From the NCBI GenBank assembly GCA_050298595.1, contig JBNKUM010000028.1, positions 39,075 through 103,074 on the forward strand: 64,000 bases of DNA, written 5' to 3'. How positions within the stretch are numbered: position 1 is the first letter of the stretch; each line of letters opens with the position of its first letter. The stretch is from Gammaproteobacteria bacterium. Its GTDB lineage: Bacteria; Pseudomonadota; Gammaproteobacteria; GCA-001735895. Below the pieces are notes generated by a model. That model was not told the DNA's origin, searched no databases, and was given only the letters and a program-made list of their open reading frames with translations. The position numbers and the translations under genes are program-made. Positions 1 through 10,077 of this stretch are shown here, piece by piece.

Positions 1-85
1 GAGCAGGACGTGGAAGCTTTTTAACTCCTTGATCTACACCACCTCAAACGCACTCTTCAACTCATCAAACTGCGGAATCTAGGGT
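1..85. repeat. Partial copy (right end) of a dispersed MITE-like repeat, cut by the window start
   Basis: gagcaggacgtggaagctttttaactcct...tctacaccacctcaaacgcact...aactgcggaatctagg aligns to 31154-31270, with an internal deletion of about 30 nt. Confidence 0.75.
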
Positions 86-211
86 GAAACACTTATCTGG
101 TCAGATGCTAAACTGAAGAAAGCTCGCTACGTTGACACTCGCGATGAACATAATAGAAAAAAACCAAAAAAAGGTTAAACTAACCTACCACCTAAAATCG
201 GAGAACTCCCC

Positions 212-1186
212 ATGCCAAAAGCTATTCGTATCCATAAAACCGGCGGTACCGAAGTACTAAAATGGGAAGATATCGAGGTGGGTAAGCCCGGCCCAGGCCA
301 GGTAAAACTTAAACAAACCGCTTGCGGACTCAATTATATCGACGTCTACGGTAGATCCGGCCTGTACCCTGTAGGCGATCTACCCGCCGTGCTGGGCATG
401 GAAGCAGTCGGTATCATCACTGAACTCGGAGATGGCGTTAATTCGTCTAAAATTGGCGATAGAGTCGCCTACCCCATGTGCCTGGGTGCCTATGCCGAAG
501 AACGTCTGATTGATGCCGATACGCTGTGTAAGGTTCCCGATAATATCGACGACCAAACTGCTGCTGCCATGATGCTAAAAGGGCTGACTGCGCATTATCT
601 GTTATTTAGAACCTACCCTGTAAAACCCGGCGATAGCATCCTGGTGTACGCAGCTGCTGGCGGTGTTGGATTAATCCTTTGCCAGTGGGCCAAACTATTA
701 GGTGCCACTGTAATTGGATGCGTTGGTTCTGAAGATAAGGCAAAACTTGCGCGCGCCAATGGCTGTGACCATATCATCATGTACCGCAACGAAGATATCC
801 CTGCACGAGTTGCTGAAATCACCAATGGGAAAGGGGTTGCTGTGGCTTATGACTCGATTGGTCAGGCTACCTTCGAGGCTTCGCTGGATTCCTTACGTCC
901 CTTTGGTGTGCTGGCCACCTATGGCAATGCAAGCGGCCCGGTAGAGGCTTTTAACCCCGGCATTCTGGCGGCTAAAGGTTCACTGTATGTCACACGCCCC
1001 ACTCTGGCTACACATGTTGCTACCAGGGAATTATATTTAGAAGGTGCCAACCGTTTGATGAGCGTTGTTGCCAGTGGTGAGGTCAAGGTTCATGTGAATC
1101 AAACCTTTGCATTGTCGGATTGCGCCGCTGCCCACCGTGCGCTGGAAGGCAGGCAAACCAGTGGCTGTACGGTTTTGACGGTATAA
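212..1186 (+). CDS. qor: NADPH:quinone oxidoreductase (zeta-crystallin/MDR family)
   Basis: N-terminus MPKAIRIHKTGG..VLKWED, GLNYID, AAAGGVG nucleotide-binding loop, GSLYVTRPTL; ggaga RBS upstream. Confidence 0.92.
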   Translation: MPKAIRIHKTGGTEVLKWEDIEVGKPGPGQVKLKQTACGLNYIDVYGRSGLYPVGDLPAVLGMEAVGIITELGDGVNSSKIGDRVAYPMCLGAYAEERLIDADTLCKVPDNIDDQTAAAMMLKGLTAHYLLFRTYPVKPGDSILVYAAAGGVGLILCQWAKLLGATVIGCVGSEDKAKLARANGCDHIIMYRNEDIPARVAEITNGKGVAVAYDSIGQATFEASLDSLRPFGVLATYGNASGPVEAFNPGILAAKGSLYVTRPTLATHVATRELYLEGANRLMSVVASGEVKVHVNQTFALSDCAAAHRALEGRQTSGCTVLTV

Positions 1187-1188
1187 GC

Positions 1189-1530
1189 TTAGGCCCGCAC
1201 GAGATATAAGCTGTTGTTACGAATTTCTACCTCAAGCTGATATAGAGAGTCCCCTGCACAGGGACCAGATACACAAAGCCCGCTTTGTATGTCAAATCGG
1301 GCATCGTGTACCGCGCACTGGATCTGCGCTGAATCCTTATCAAGAAATTGATGCTCGACCCAGTCTAATGGTGCTCCCGTATGTGGACACTCATTTCGGT
1401 AAGCAAAAAAATGTCCATCTTTATGCACGATAAACCCTTCAATGATTCTATCACCATATTTTGCGCTAAAGCCTCGGCTTGCAGGGTCATTGATTTCGCT
1501 TATCTTACATATATACAAATCTTCATTCAT
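1189..1530 (-). CDS. Rieske 2Fe-2S ferredoxin-like protein
   Basis: Rieske ligand motifs CPH and CAVHDARFDI..GLC. Confidence 0.9.
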   Translation of the reverse strand: MNEDLYICKISEINDPASRGFSAKYGDRIIEGFIVHKDGHFFAYRNECPHTGAPLDWVEHQFLDKDSAQIQCAVHDARFDIQSGLCVSGPCAGDSLYQLEVEIRNNSLYLVRA

Positions 1531-2410
1531 CGATCAGTTCCGGCCTAAAATTCATACCTTGATACTGCACCTTACTTGCTGCAAGTTTATTGGCATAGGT
1601 CAGCGCCTGTTTAAACGCCAGCTGCTGACTTAGTCGACTAATGAGTCCTGCAATAAAGCAATCTCCCGCACCAATACTATCAATAACCTTATCAACAGCT
1701 ACTGCTTCCATTTTAATAAGCCCAGCTTCAACGGTTCGAGCGACCAGGCCCTTACTTCCCTGCGTACACACGACTTTAAGCTTAGGATTAATTTCAGCGA
1801 ATTCATTGATGCAGGCCTGTGTACTTATCTGTCGCTGCCTTAGATAATCATCGGAAACGATGACTACGTTGACATAGGGCAACAGCTTTTCGATGTGCTC
1901 GCGTGGTTTTTCGATTTCCAGTGAAATGGGTACACCATAACGATTTTGTAATACTGGTAAATAATCAAGCAATACCGGGATATTTCTACCCTCAAAATGT
2001 ATCCATTGATAGGCTTCTGCCTGTATGAGTGTTAGCTGCTGTAATGAAAGCTCGGGTAGATCACGATAGTGGCAGATGGTCCTGCTGCCGTTGCTGGTGT
2101 TTAGCCAGATACTGGAAATTGGTGTGATGCTGTCTTTTTCCGATGAGCATTGTGAAGTTCCGATTGATCTATCTTCTAGCTGCTGACGTATCCAGTTGGC
2201 ATCGGCATCATCGGCCAGTTGGCTCATAAGCTCAACTTCATGCCCCAGTCTGGATAGGATACTGGCTGTATTACAGGCATTGCCTCCAAGTTGTCGCAAA
2301 TGTGCCTGAGCGCGAAATTCAGCATCCTGCTGTGGAAATTGATCAATTTTCCAGATCTGGTCCAGGATGCAATTGCCCACTATGAGCAATCTGGGTAAAT
2401 GAGTATGCAA
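1523..2410 (-). CDS. PfkB-family carbohydrate kinase, ketohexokinase-like
   Basis: GGNACN and DSIGAGDCF PfkB signatures; WIHFEGRN and NGSRTI match ketohexokinase subfamily motifs; TTG start; overlaps the Rieske gene. Confidence 0.85.
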   Translation of the reverse strand: MHTHLPRLLIVGNCILDQIWKIDQFPQQDAEFRAQAHLRQLGGNACNTASILSRLGHEVELMSQLADDADANWIRQQLEDRSIGTSQCSSEKDSITPISSIWLNTSNGSRTICHYRDLPELSLQQLTLIQAEAYQWIHFEGRNIPVLLDYLPVLQNRYGVPISLEIEKPREHIEKLLPYVNVVIVSDDYLRQRQISTQACINEFAEINPKLKVVCTQGSKGLVARTVEAGLIKMEAVAVDKVIDSIGAGDCFIAGLISRLSQQLAFKQALTYANKLAASKVQYQGMNFRPELIDE

Positions 2411-2505
2411 AATATCTCCACTTTAACTGGAAACCTGTAGTATAAATTCTACAATACTCTCAGCTATACTCTTTCCGACAATAAAACCAATCAGCAGGTA
2501 TCCCG

Positions 2506-4044
2506 GTGTCAGACGATAAGGACTGGAAATCAAAATATTTTACCAGCCTCAAAGAGCTTGAAGAGATGGAGAAATCCTGGGCCAGGCTTGAGGATATGCT
2601 GCGTAAAACCATTTCCAGGGTAACCATTACTGCCAAGGGTATAGATCCACAACTGGATCGAATTCTAAACGATATACAGAATCATACACGCAATAAAAAA
2701 GATCTGGAGTTACAGAACGATCTGGAAAATCTGGCACAGACTCTGTTGCGTATTGAGGAAAAGCCCTCCAGCAAGGAAGAACTTCCCGAAATCGATACCG
2801 ATATCAGCCATGATGTCGATGAAAGCAGTTTTACACTGGCTCTTATTGACCAACTTCAGGTATCGGAGGAACAGCAGTCTCAGCTTGACCAACTGCGTAA
2901 TAAGTTACCCGGAATTTCCCCCGAAAGTTGCCTGGCCGAACTGGCTGTATTGATCAACAGGCTCCTGCAAATTGAGGCATCTGAAACTGAAGATAAGAGC
3001 AAAAGCTTTGAGGTATTAATCTCTTTGATCGAAAAAATCACCTTCAGTTTCGGCAATACGGCGGAGCTGGATGTGTTAACCGAAAGGCTGGAAAATGCGG
3101 GTAAGGATGACAACTGGCGTGATTATCTGGATCAAATTATCAAACAAATCCGTGTCATTATGCATGGTATCAGCAATGAGAAGATTGAGTTAGAGGGTCT
3201 AATCGTTGACGTGACGCGTCAACTTGGCGAGATTTCAAGTGCTCTCAACGATGAGCATCAGGATACTCTCGAAGGACGTAAGGAAACTCAGCAGCTGCAG
3301 CAGATTATGGATAAAAGCGTGCATAACATCCAGCAAAAGGTGCAATCTGAAACGGATATCACGCAACTTAAATCGGCTATCAGTGATAACCTGATATCGA
3401 TTAAAACAAGCCTGCAGGAGTTTGTTGTACATGATTCAAAGCGTTTTGAGAAAGCTGAATTACGTAACCAGAAGTTGCGGCAACAAATTCAATACATGGA
3501 ACAGGAATCTGAACAGCTGAAAAAGAAACTCAGCGAAAACCGAAAAAAGCTGATGTTCGACACGCTTACCGGGGTGCGCAATCGTCTGTCATACGACGAA
3601 ATACTGGAGCAGGAGCTTTCTCGCTATGCACGATACCGTGAAACCTTTAGCTATGCACTGCTGGATATTGACCACTTCAAGCGTATCAACGATGAATACG
3701 GGCACAATGCCGGTGATAAGGCATTGCAGATTGTCGCGCAGATGATGTCAAGGAATATCCGCAAAACCGATTTTCTATTTCGCATAGGTGGCGAAGAGTT
3801 CGTGCTGATTTTACCTAAAACAGCTCTGGAGAGTGCTGCGCCACTGGTTGAAAAGATTCGCAAATCAGTGGGAGAAACAAACTTTCATTTCAAGCAGCAA
3901 AAGGTCAATATCAGCCTTTCTGTCGGGCTTAGCTGTATACGCTCAAATGATACGGCTGTATCAATATACGAACGCGCAGATAATGCACTCTATCAGGCAA
4001 AGAATTCCGGCCGTGATAAACTGGTTGTGACTAAGCCTGAATGA
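2506..4044 (+). CDS. Diguanylate cyclase with long helical/coiled-coil N-terminus
   Basis: DTLTG, DIDHFKRINDEYGHNAGD, RKTD I-site, GGEEF. Confidence 0.92.
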   Translation: MSDDKDWKSKYFTSLKELEEMEKSWARLEDMLRKTISRVTITAKGIDPQLDRILNDIQNHTRNKKDLELQNDLENLAQTLLRIEEKPSSKEELPEIDTDISHDVDESSFTLALIDQLQVSEEQQSQLDQLRNKLPGISPESCLAELAVLINRLLQIEASETEDKSKSFEVLISLIEKITFSFGNTAELDVLTERLENAGKDDNWRDYLDQIIKQIRVIMHGISNEKIELEGLIVDVTRQLGEISSALNDEHQDTLEGRKETQQLQQIMDKSVHNIQQKVQSETDITQLKSAISDNLISIKTSLQEFVVHDSKRFEKAELRNQKLRQQIQYMEQESEQLKKKLSENRKKLMFDTLTGVRNRLSYDEILEQELSRYARYRETFSYALLDIDHFKRINDEYGHNAGDKALQIVAQMMSRNIRKTDFLFRIGGEEFVLILPKTALESAAPLVEKIRKSVGETNFHFKQQKVNISLSVGLSCIRSNDTAVSIYERADNALYQAKNSGRDKLVVTKPE

Positions 4045-4267
4045 TTTCCTGCGGAGTTTTTGCAACAATCGTTAAGGCATGTAATGCGCCTGAGGCAATA
4101 TCGTCATTAACGCAGGCGTAAACAAGTTTGTGTCGTTTAATAGGGGTCAGTCCGGCAAATTGCTCGCTAACTACCTGGGCGGTAAATTTACCTTCATCGC
4201 CAGTAACTGAAACTTCTGCATCAGGCATACCCTGTATAATTTTTTGCTCGATGTGTTGTGGTGTCAT
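4031..4267 (-). CDS. BolA/IbaG family protein
   Basis: VVSEQFAGL..IKRHKLVY...LHALTI..KTP BolA pattern; 78 aa. Confidence 0.9.
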   Translation of the reverse strand: MTPQHIEQKIIQGMPDAEVSVTGDEGKFTAQVVSEQFAGLTPIKRHKLVYACVNDDIASGALHALTIVAKTPQEIIQA

Positions 4268-4322
4268 AGAATCTAATTATTGTTAAAACAGAAATATAGT
4301 ATCAATTCATTCGGAAATAACC

Positions 4323-4727
4323 ATGCAAAAATTAATAATCAGCCTGTTGTTACTGATTTTCACCTTACCGCTGTTTGCAGCCGATGAGCCAGAGAAGCCT
4401 GAATTGACGCCTGGTTACATTTCTATGGGTGAAGCTATGGTACTTAATCTGGCCACGGATAGCACTCGCTCGTCTTTTGTTCAATTAAAAGCGGATGTTC
4501 TGGTCAGGGATGAGAATAGTAGTGATCTGGTAAAATTACATATGCCTGCTTTGCGTCATCAGCTTATTCTGATGATGAGTGAGCAGGATGCTGCCAAAAT
4601 GAAGTCACCCGTCGAGCGCGAAAAGCTGCGTAAACAGATTACCGATAAGATTCGAAGTGTATATAAAGAACTGGTTGGTAAAGATGATATTGATGAAGTT
4701 TTGTTTTCCAGTTTCCTGGTGCAATAA
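4323..4727 (+). CDS. fliL: FliL-like protein, outside any flagellar operon
   Basis: N-terminal hydrophobic segment, VLNL, HMPALRHQLI, C-terminal IDEVLFSSFLVQ. Confidence 0.8.
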   Translation: MQKLIISLLLLIFTLPLFAADEPEKPELTPGYISMGEAMVLNLATDSTRSSFVQLKADVLVRDENSSDLVKLHMPALRHQLILMMSEQDAAKMKSPVEREKLRKQITDKIRSVYKELVGKDDIDEVLFSSFLVQ

Positions 4728-4785
4728 GCGTATGATCCTGGTGAAGTTTAGTTCTGCAGCACTTGTTAACTATTAATACTTGAAG

Positions 4786-5835
4786 ATGCTGAAGATATAT
4801 CCGGTAAAACGCTTCTTCATTTCAGCAGTTTTTTTTATTCTATCTACACCACTCTTTGCAAATCCGCCATCCAGTTTTGAAAAAGATTTTGAGCAGAGCT
4901 TTAACGATGCTCCATTAGAACGTGAAATTCAACATCCTGAATGGTTCAAGGAGTCCTTTCTTGATCTTAGAGAAGACCTTCAACAGGCAAAAGCGGAAGG
5001 TAAACAGGGCATCGCTTTATATTTTGGCCAGGAGCATTGCGCCTATTGCAAAGCACTTATGGAAATAAATTTGACTAAACCAGATATCGTTAAATACGTA
5101 AGAGATCACTATGAAATTATTACGCTAGATATCTGGGGAAGTCGCATGCTTACCCTGTTTGATGGCAGAGAAATCAGCGAACGAGATCTGGCGATAAGTG
5201 AAAACACCAACTTTACTCCATCAATTATCTTTTATAACGACGTCGGTGATATAGCTTTTCGGATGCGTGGTTATTACCCACCTTATCGCTTTCAGGCCAT
5301 GCTCACATACATTGTTGAAGGCTTTTATAAATTTGAAAGCTTCCGTGATTATATGGAACGCGCTGACCCACCACCAAAATTCTCACAGGAAGATCTGAAT
5401 GAACATGAGCAGCTACTGAAAGGCCCTGTTATTCTGGATAGACGAGCCACAGCGGGTAGTAAACCACTGGCCGTTATTTTCGAACAGAAAGAATGTCATG
5501 CCTGCGATCAGTTACATTCAGAGCCCCTTAACAATGAAATCACCCTGCAATGGTTAGCCGGATTTGAATTACGACAGCTTGATGCTTGGTCTGAAACTCC
5601 AGTTATGACACCCACAGGTGAAAAAATCACCGCACGTGACTGGGCCGATAAGCTGGACATACATTACATGCCAACCACGGTCTTTTTTAATGAACAGGGT
5701 GAAGAAATTTTGCGTATCGATTCAGTGGTTAAGCTCTATCGAATGCGCAGTATTCTTAGTTATATTCTTACCAAAGGATATCAAAAATACGACAGCTTTC
5801 AGCAATGGCGTCGTTATAGCGATATACAACGTTAA
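4786..5835 (+). CDS. Exported tandem thioredoxin-fold protein (SoxW-like)
   Basis: Signal peptide; two thioredoxin domains with CAYC and CHAC; PEWFKESFLDLREDL; cis-Pro loops FTPS and YMPT. Confidence 0.8.
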   Translation: MLKIYPVKRFFISAVFFILSTPLFANPPSSFEKDFEQSFNDAPLEREIQHPEWFKESFLDLREDLQQAKAEGKQGIALYFGQEHCAYCKALMEINLTKPDIVKYVRDHYEIITLDIWGSRMLTLFDGREISERDLAISENTNFTPSIIFYNDVGDIAFRMRGYYPPYRFQAMLTYIVEGFYKFESFRDYMERADPPPKFSQEDLNEHEQLLKGPVILDRRATAGSKPLAVIFEQKECHACDQLHSEPLNNEITLQWLAGFELRQLDAWSETPVMTPTGEKITARDWADKLDIHYMPTTVFFNEQGEEILRIDSVVKLYRMRSILSYILTKGYQKYDSFQQWRRYSDIQR

Positions 5836-6725
5836 TCCCTGATCAATTGTCTTCTTTTATTAATCGATCCCAGTGTGAATACGATCAGTCCGGCCCAGAT
5901 AAAACAGAAACCGATAAATTGATCATGACTGAAAGGTTCTTTTAATATAAACAGGGCGATAAAGAATTGCATCGTAGGGTTTATATACATCATGAACCCT
6001 ATAATCGATAGCGTGAGTTTTTTGGTGGCTGAAGCAAACAGTAATAAAGGTATTGATGTGACCGCCCCACAGGCTAACAGTAACAGGGTAAAGCGATCGG
6101 GCGCCTGATAAAAATGGTCTGCGTTATGCTGAATGAGATAAAACCAGTACGAGATGGCAAGGGGAAACATTAAACCAGTTTCAATCGTTAAGCCGGTTAA
6201 GGTATCTACCTCCAGTCGTTTTCTCACCAGACCATACAGTCCAAAACTGGTGGCCAGGGTTATCGAGACCCAGGGCAGATAACCGAGCCTGACCACCAGC
6301 CAGATAATCCCTAAAGCGGCAAAAACGATAGCGAGTTGCTGTTTTCGATTTAATCTTTCCTGCAGAAATACCCGAGCCAGAAAAACACTCACCAGAGGTG
6401 TCAGAAAATAACCCAGGCTGGATTCAACCACACGACCCTGGCTTACCGCCCAGATATAGATCAGCCAGTTTAAACTGACCAGCAAGGCAGAGAATACCAG
6501 TCCTTGTATCAAAGCTGGTTTGCGTATTGCCTCTATTAGACGTCGATGCCAGCCCTTCACCATCAGGATTACTAGCACAAATACAAACGACCAGATTACG
6601 CGATGTAACAGTACCTCGGTTGAGGGGACATCACGCAGCAAATGGAAAAACAGGGGAAAGATTCCCCACATGCTGTAAGCCAGAAAGCCATACAGCAAAC
6701 CCTGTGTGGTTTGCGAAATTCTCAA
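5832..6725 (-). CDS. rarD: EamA-family transporter RarD
   Basis: AY.MWG.FPLF, EVLLHRVIWS, NWLIYIWAV, SLGYFLTPL, YGLVRK, YINPT. Confidence 0.92.
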   Translation of the reverse strand: MRISQTTQGLLYGFLAYSMWGIFPLFFHLLRDVPSTEVLLHRVIWSFVFVLVILMVKGWHRRLIEAIRKPALIQGLVFSALLVSLNWLIYIWAVSQGRVVESSLGYFLTPLVSVFLARVFLQERLNRKQQLAIVFAALGIIWLVVRLGYLPWVSITLATSFGLYGLVRKRLEVDTLTGLTIETGLMFPLAISYWFYLIQHNADHFYQAPDRFTLLLLACGAVTSIPLLLFASATKKLTLSIIGFMMYINPTMQFFIALFILKEPFSHDQFIGFCFIWAGLIVFTLGSINKRRQLIRD

Positions 6726-6737
6726 CTGTTTATCCTG

Positions 6738-7115
6738 TTATTTGGCGTCGGATTTTAGAATAAAGTTTTCCAGTGCCTTATCGGTGCCAAAAATATGGCT
6801 GCGTAGCCACTCGCGTAGAAATTCAGCCAGCGCTGCACAGAATTTAATATCGTAGGTATGGCATTCCCTGATCATTAAATCCAGCTCAGACCTGAACTTG
6901 TCGTGCTCGCATTTGTGTGCTTCATAATGTGGAAACTCGAGTTTGATCATATACTCTTCTTCAAGTGTAAAATGATTTTCAGCAAATTCATTTAAGCGTC
7001 TAAATATAGATTTATCACCATGCCCAGTCTCTAACTGATCTATGAGTTCAAATAGTACCCGATGTTGTTTATCTTGCCAGATTAGATCACTGGTTTTTTT
7101 CATTGTATGCTCCAC
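6738..7115 (-). CDS. Single-domain hemerythrin
   Basis: QH...HFTLEE...H...EH...HIFGTD di-iron ligand pattern; possible ATG start at 7103. Confidence 0.88.
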   Translation of the reverse strand: MEHTMKKTSDLIWQDKQHRVLFELIDQLETGHGDKSIFRRLNEFAENHFTLEEEYMIKLEFPHYEAHKCEHDKFRSELDLMIRECHTYDIKFCAALAEFLREWLRSHIFGTDKALENFILKSDAK

Positions 7116-7210
7116 AGGTTAATTCTTTATATCAGGCATTTCTATCATGGCAAATTCTTTTTTCTCATACTAGATATACTCTTAGCTGGCGACTTTTTTA
7201 CTGTATATAA

Positions 7211-7834
7211 ATGCATAAGTTACATAATTTTCTGCTGCTAGGCAGTGGCTCTCATTTTACCTGTCAGGTTCTCAAAACGCTGTTATCCAGCGATTGCTTC
7301 CCTGTTGCCTATGTACAATACGGATGCCAAATACCCGATACCCCCAGTTATTTTGAAAATATTCCGATTGAAAGCTCTCGCCCATTGACACCTGTTACTG
7401 CTTTGATCAATCCCTACGATATTGCCTGCTACTATCAAAATTCTCTACAGCTTGCCGACTGGGTTCAGCAAAAGAATATAGACTTTTTACTGGTCGCCTG
7501 CTGGCCTGAGCTTATCTCTGCTGAGGTTATTTACAGTGTCAATTGTGCTGCTGTTAATATTCATCCCTCATTGTTGCCCACATTTCGCGGTTTTGATCCG
7601 ATAAGCGATCAGCTTAACTCTGGAAGTTCTTCATTTGGAGTGAGCTTACACCTGCTGAATGAATCATTTGATTGCGGTGACATCGTATTGCAGGAGGTTG
7701 TAAAGTCTGATGCTACAGCAACAAGATTAGAAATTGAAGCGCGCTGCGCAAAAAAAGGGGCACAGCTATTTATTCGTGCGCTGCAGACATATTCAATGCC
7801 TGGGTGGCATTTAATAAAACAGTCCGAACAGTAA
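7211..7834 (+). CDS. Stand-alone formyltransferase-family protein
   Basis: NIHPSLLP.FRG and H....FDCGDI formyl-THF-dependent motifs; lacks the Fmt C-terminal domain. Confidence 0.8.
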   Translation: MHKLHNFLLLGSGSHFTCQVLKTLLSSDCFPVAYVQYGCQIPDTPSYFENIPIESSRPLTPVTALINPYDIACYYQNSLQLADWVQQKNIDFLLVACWPELISAEVIYSVNCAAVNIHPSLLPTFRGFDPISDQLNSGSSSFGVSLHLLNESFDCGDIVLQEVVKSDATATRLEIEARCAKKGAQLFIRALQTYSMPGWHLIKQSEQ

Positions 7835-7862
7835 AAAAAGAAAGCCGCATTAAGCGGCTTTC
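7833..7862 (-). terminator. Intrinsic terminator for glcB (possibly bidirectional)
   Basis: gaaagccgc-attaa-gcggctttc hairpin with an A-run on the left, between convergent genes. Confidence 0.8.
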
Positions 7863-7885
7863 CCTGAACTTTAAGTGACAAAATA

Positions 7886-10060
7886 TCAGACCTGTTTTGC
7901 TTTTAATCGGTACTTTTGCAACAGGTCTTCGGTATATCCATTAGCGGATTCAGCACCCTGTAAAACCAGTTGCAAAGCCGCTTCAAATGCAACACCGTCA
8001 AATTTCGGTGCCATATTCCTGTAACCCGGCGTTGTGCTATTTTGCTTATCAACCACCTTGGCCATACGCTTAAAAGTTTCGACTAGCTGTTGTTCAGTAC
8101 ATATGCCGTGTAATAGCCAGTTTGCCATATGCTGGCTGGATATACGGAGCGTAGCGCGATCTTCCATCAGGCCAACATCATGGATATCGGGAACCTTGGA
8201 ACAACCTACACCCTGATCTATCCATTTCACTACATAACCCAATATGCCCTGGGCATTATTATCAAGTTCCTGCTGGATTTCACTGTCAGATAATTTACGC
8301 TTTTTAGGTAATAAAGGAACCGTCAATATATGATCTATATTGGCACGATTTCTCAGTTTAATCTTTTGCTGTTCCTGTTTCACATTAACACTATGGTAAT
8401 GCAAGGCATGTATTACCGCTGCGGTAGGTGAGGGAACCCATGCGCAATTTGCTCCGGCTTCCGGGTGTACCTGTTTACTGTCGTACATGGCTTTGATTTG
8501 GTCTGGTACCGCCCACATACCTTTACCTATCTGCGCAACGCCATCCAGCCCACACATTAATCCGGTGTCAACATTCCAGTTTTCATAGGCTTCCATCCAG
8601 CGTTCACCTTTGATTTCTCCTTTTGGTAGCATGGCACCAATCTTCATGCTGGTATGAATTTCATCGCCGGTACGATCAAGGAATCCGGTATTAATAAAAA
8701 TAACTCTTTCCTTAGCCTCTCTGATACATTCTTTCAGGTTTACAGTGGTTCTTCTTTCTTCATCCATAATACCGATTTTTACGGTATTTTTCGGCAGACT
8801 GTAGGCCTCTTCAATGGCATCAAATAAGCGGCAGGTAAAAGCTACTTCTTCTGGGCCATGCATCTTCGGCTTTACGATATAGATGCTTTTTGTACGGCTA
8901 TTATTGTATGCATGACGCTTACAGATATCGTACAACGAAATCAACACCGTGATTAATCCGTCGACCAGGCCTTCCGGCATCATTTGATCTTTTGCATCCA
9001 GCACCAGATCAGTCTTCATATGCATGCCTGTATTCCGCACTAGCATCAAACTGCGCCCTGGCAGGCTGAATGGCTCACCCTTCTTATTGCAGTATTCACG
9101 ATTTGCGTTTAATACTCTGGTAAATGATTTGCCATCCTTGCGCATTTCAAAACACAGTTCGCCATGCACTAATAGTCTCCAGTTACGATAGACCAGCATT
9201 TTATCTTCTGTATCTACCGCTGCTACTGAATCTTCACAATCTTCAATGGTGGTAACCGCAGCTTCCAGAATTATATCGGTTAATCCTGCTGGATGATGCT
9301 GGCCTATGATGCTTTTCTTGTTGATTCTAAGTTCAAAATAAAGGTCATTATGAATAAATAAAAGTACCAGATCTCCGCAATGTGAATAGCCTTTAAATTG
9401 ATCTGCATCCTGCAACTTGACTCTTACACAATTGTCCAGTTTAAAGAAAGGTCGCTCTATGCCCATGATCAGTTCAAGGCCGTATTCTTTAACTTCTGCA
9501 TGAGAAACGCCACCTTGTAGCGGTAGTACCTTATCCAGCCATTGGGTACAGAAATCAAATACTGCCTGACCACGCGCTTTATTGTATTGCTTACCAATAG
9601 CTGTTTCGCCTTCGTTGGCAATCATGTCGGTACCATACAGCGCATCGTATAGACTGCCCCATCTTGCATTCGCTGCATTTATTGCAAAGCGTGCATTATT
9701 GATGGGAACCACCAGTTGAGGGGCAGCTACACTTGAGATTTCACGATCAATATTTTCAATACTGACCTTAAAGTCTTCTTTTTCGGGAACGATATAACCA
9801 ATTTCATTGAGAAATTGCTTATAGTTATCCAGATCGTCTGCTTCGTATTTATTCTTCTTATGCCAGCCATCTATCTGCTGCTGGATTTCATCTCTTTTGT
9901 TTAATAACGCAGTATTCACTTCACTAAAAGTGGTCATTATGGATTCGAAATTTTCCCAATAACTCTGCGAATCCATTTCCAGTTCAGGCAAAACCTCTGT
10001 ATTGACGAAATCAACCAGTGACTGTGCAACCTTAATCTTTTTTAAATGTATATATGACAT
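7886..10060 (-). CDS. glcB: Malate synthase G
   Basis: PQLVVP, NAANARWGSLYDALYGTD, DCEDSVAAVD, KPKMHGPEEV, NTGFLDRTGDEIHT, LMEDRATLRISSQ; 724 aa. Confidence 0.97.
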   Translation of the reverse strand: MSYIHLKKIKVAQSLVDFVNTEVLPELEMDSQSYWENFESIMTTFSEVNTALLNKRDEIQQQIDGWHKKNKYEADDLDNYKQFLNEIGYIVPEKEDFKVSIENIDREISSVAAPQLVVPINNARFAINAANARWGSLYDALYGTDMIANEGETAIGKQYNKARGQAVFDFCTQWLDKVLPLQGGVSHAEVKEYGLELIMGIERPFFKLDNCVRVKLQDADQFKGYSHCGDLVLLFIHNDLYFELRINKKSIIGQHHPAGLTDIILEAAVTTIEDCEDSVAAVDTEDKMLVYRNWRLLVHGELCFEMRKDGKSFTRVLNANREYCNKKGEPFSLPGRSLMLVRNTGMHMKTDLVLDAKDQMMPEGLVDGLITVLISLYDICKRHAYNNSRTKSIYIVKPKMHGPEEVAFTCRLFDAIEEAYSLPKNTVKIGIMDEERRTTVNLKECIREAKERVIFINTGFLDRTGDEIHTSMKIGAMLPKGEIKGERWMEAYENWNVDTGLMCGLDGVAQIGKGMWAVPDQIKAMYDSKQVHPEAGANCAWVPSPTAAVIHALHYHSVNVKQEQQKIKLRNRANIDHILTVPLLPKKRKLSDSEIQQELDNNAQGILGYVVKWIDQGVGCSKVPDIHDVGLMEDRATLRISSQHMANWLLHGICTEQQLVETFKRMAKVVDKQNSTTPGYRNMAPKFDGVAFEAALQLVLQGAESANGYTEDLLQKYRLKAKQV

Positions 10061-10077
10061 TACCTGCTACCTACGAA

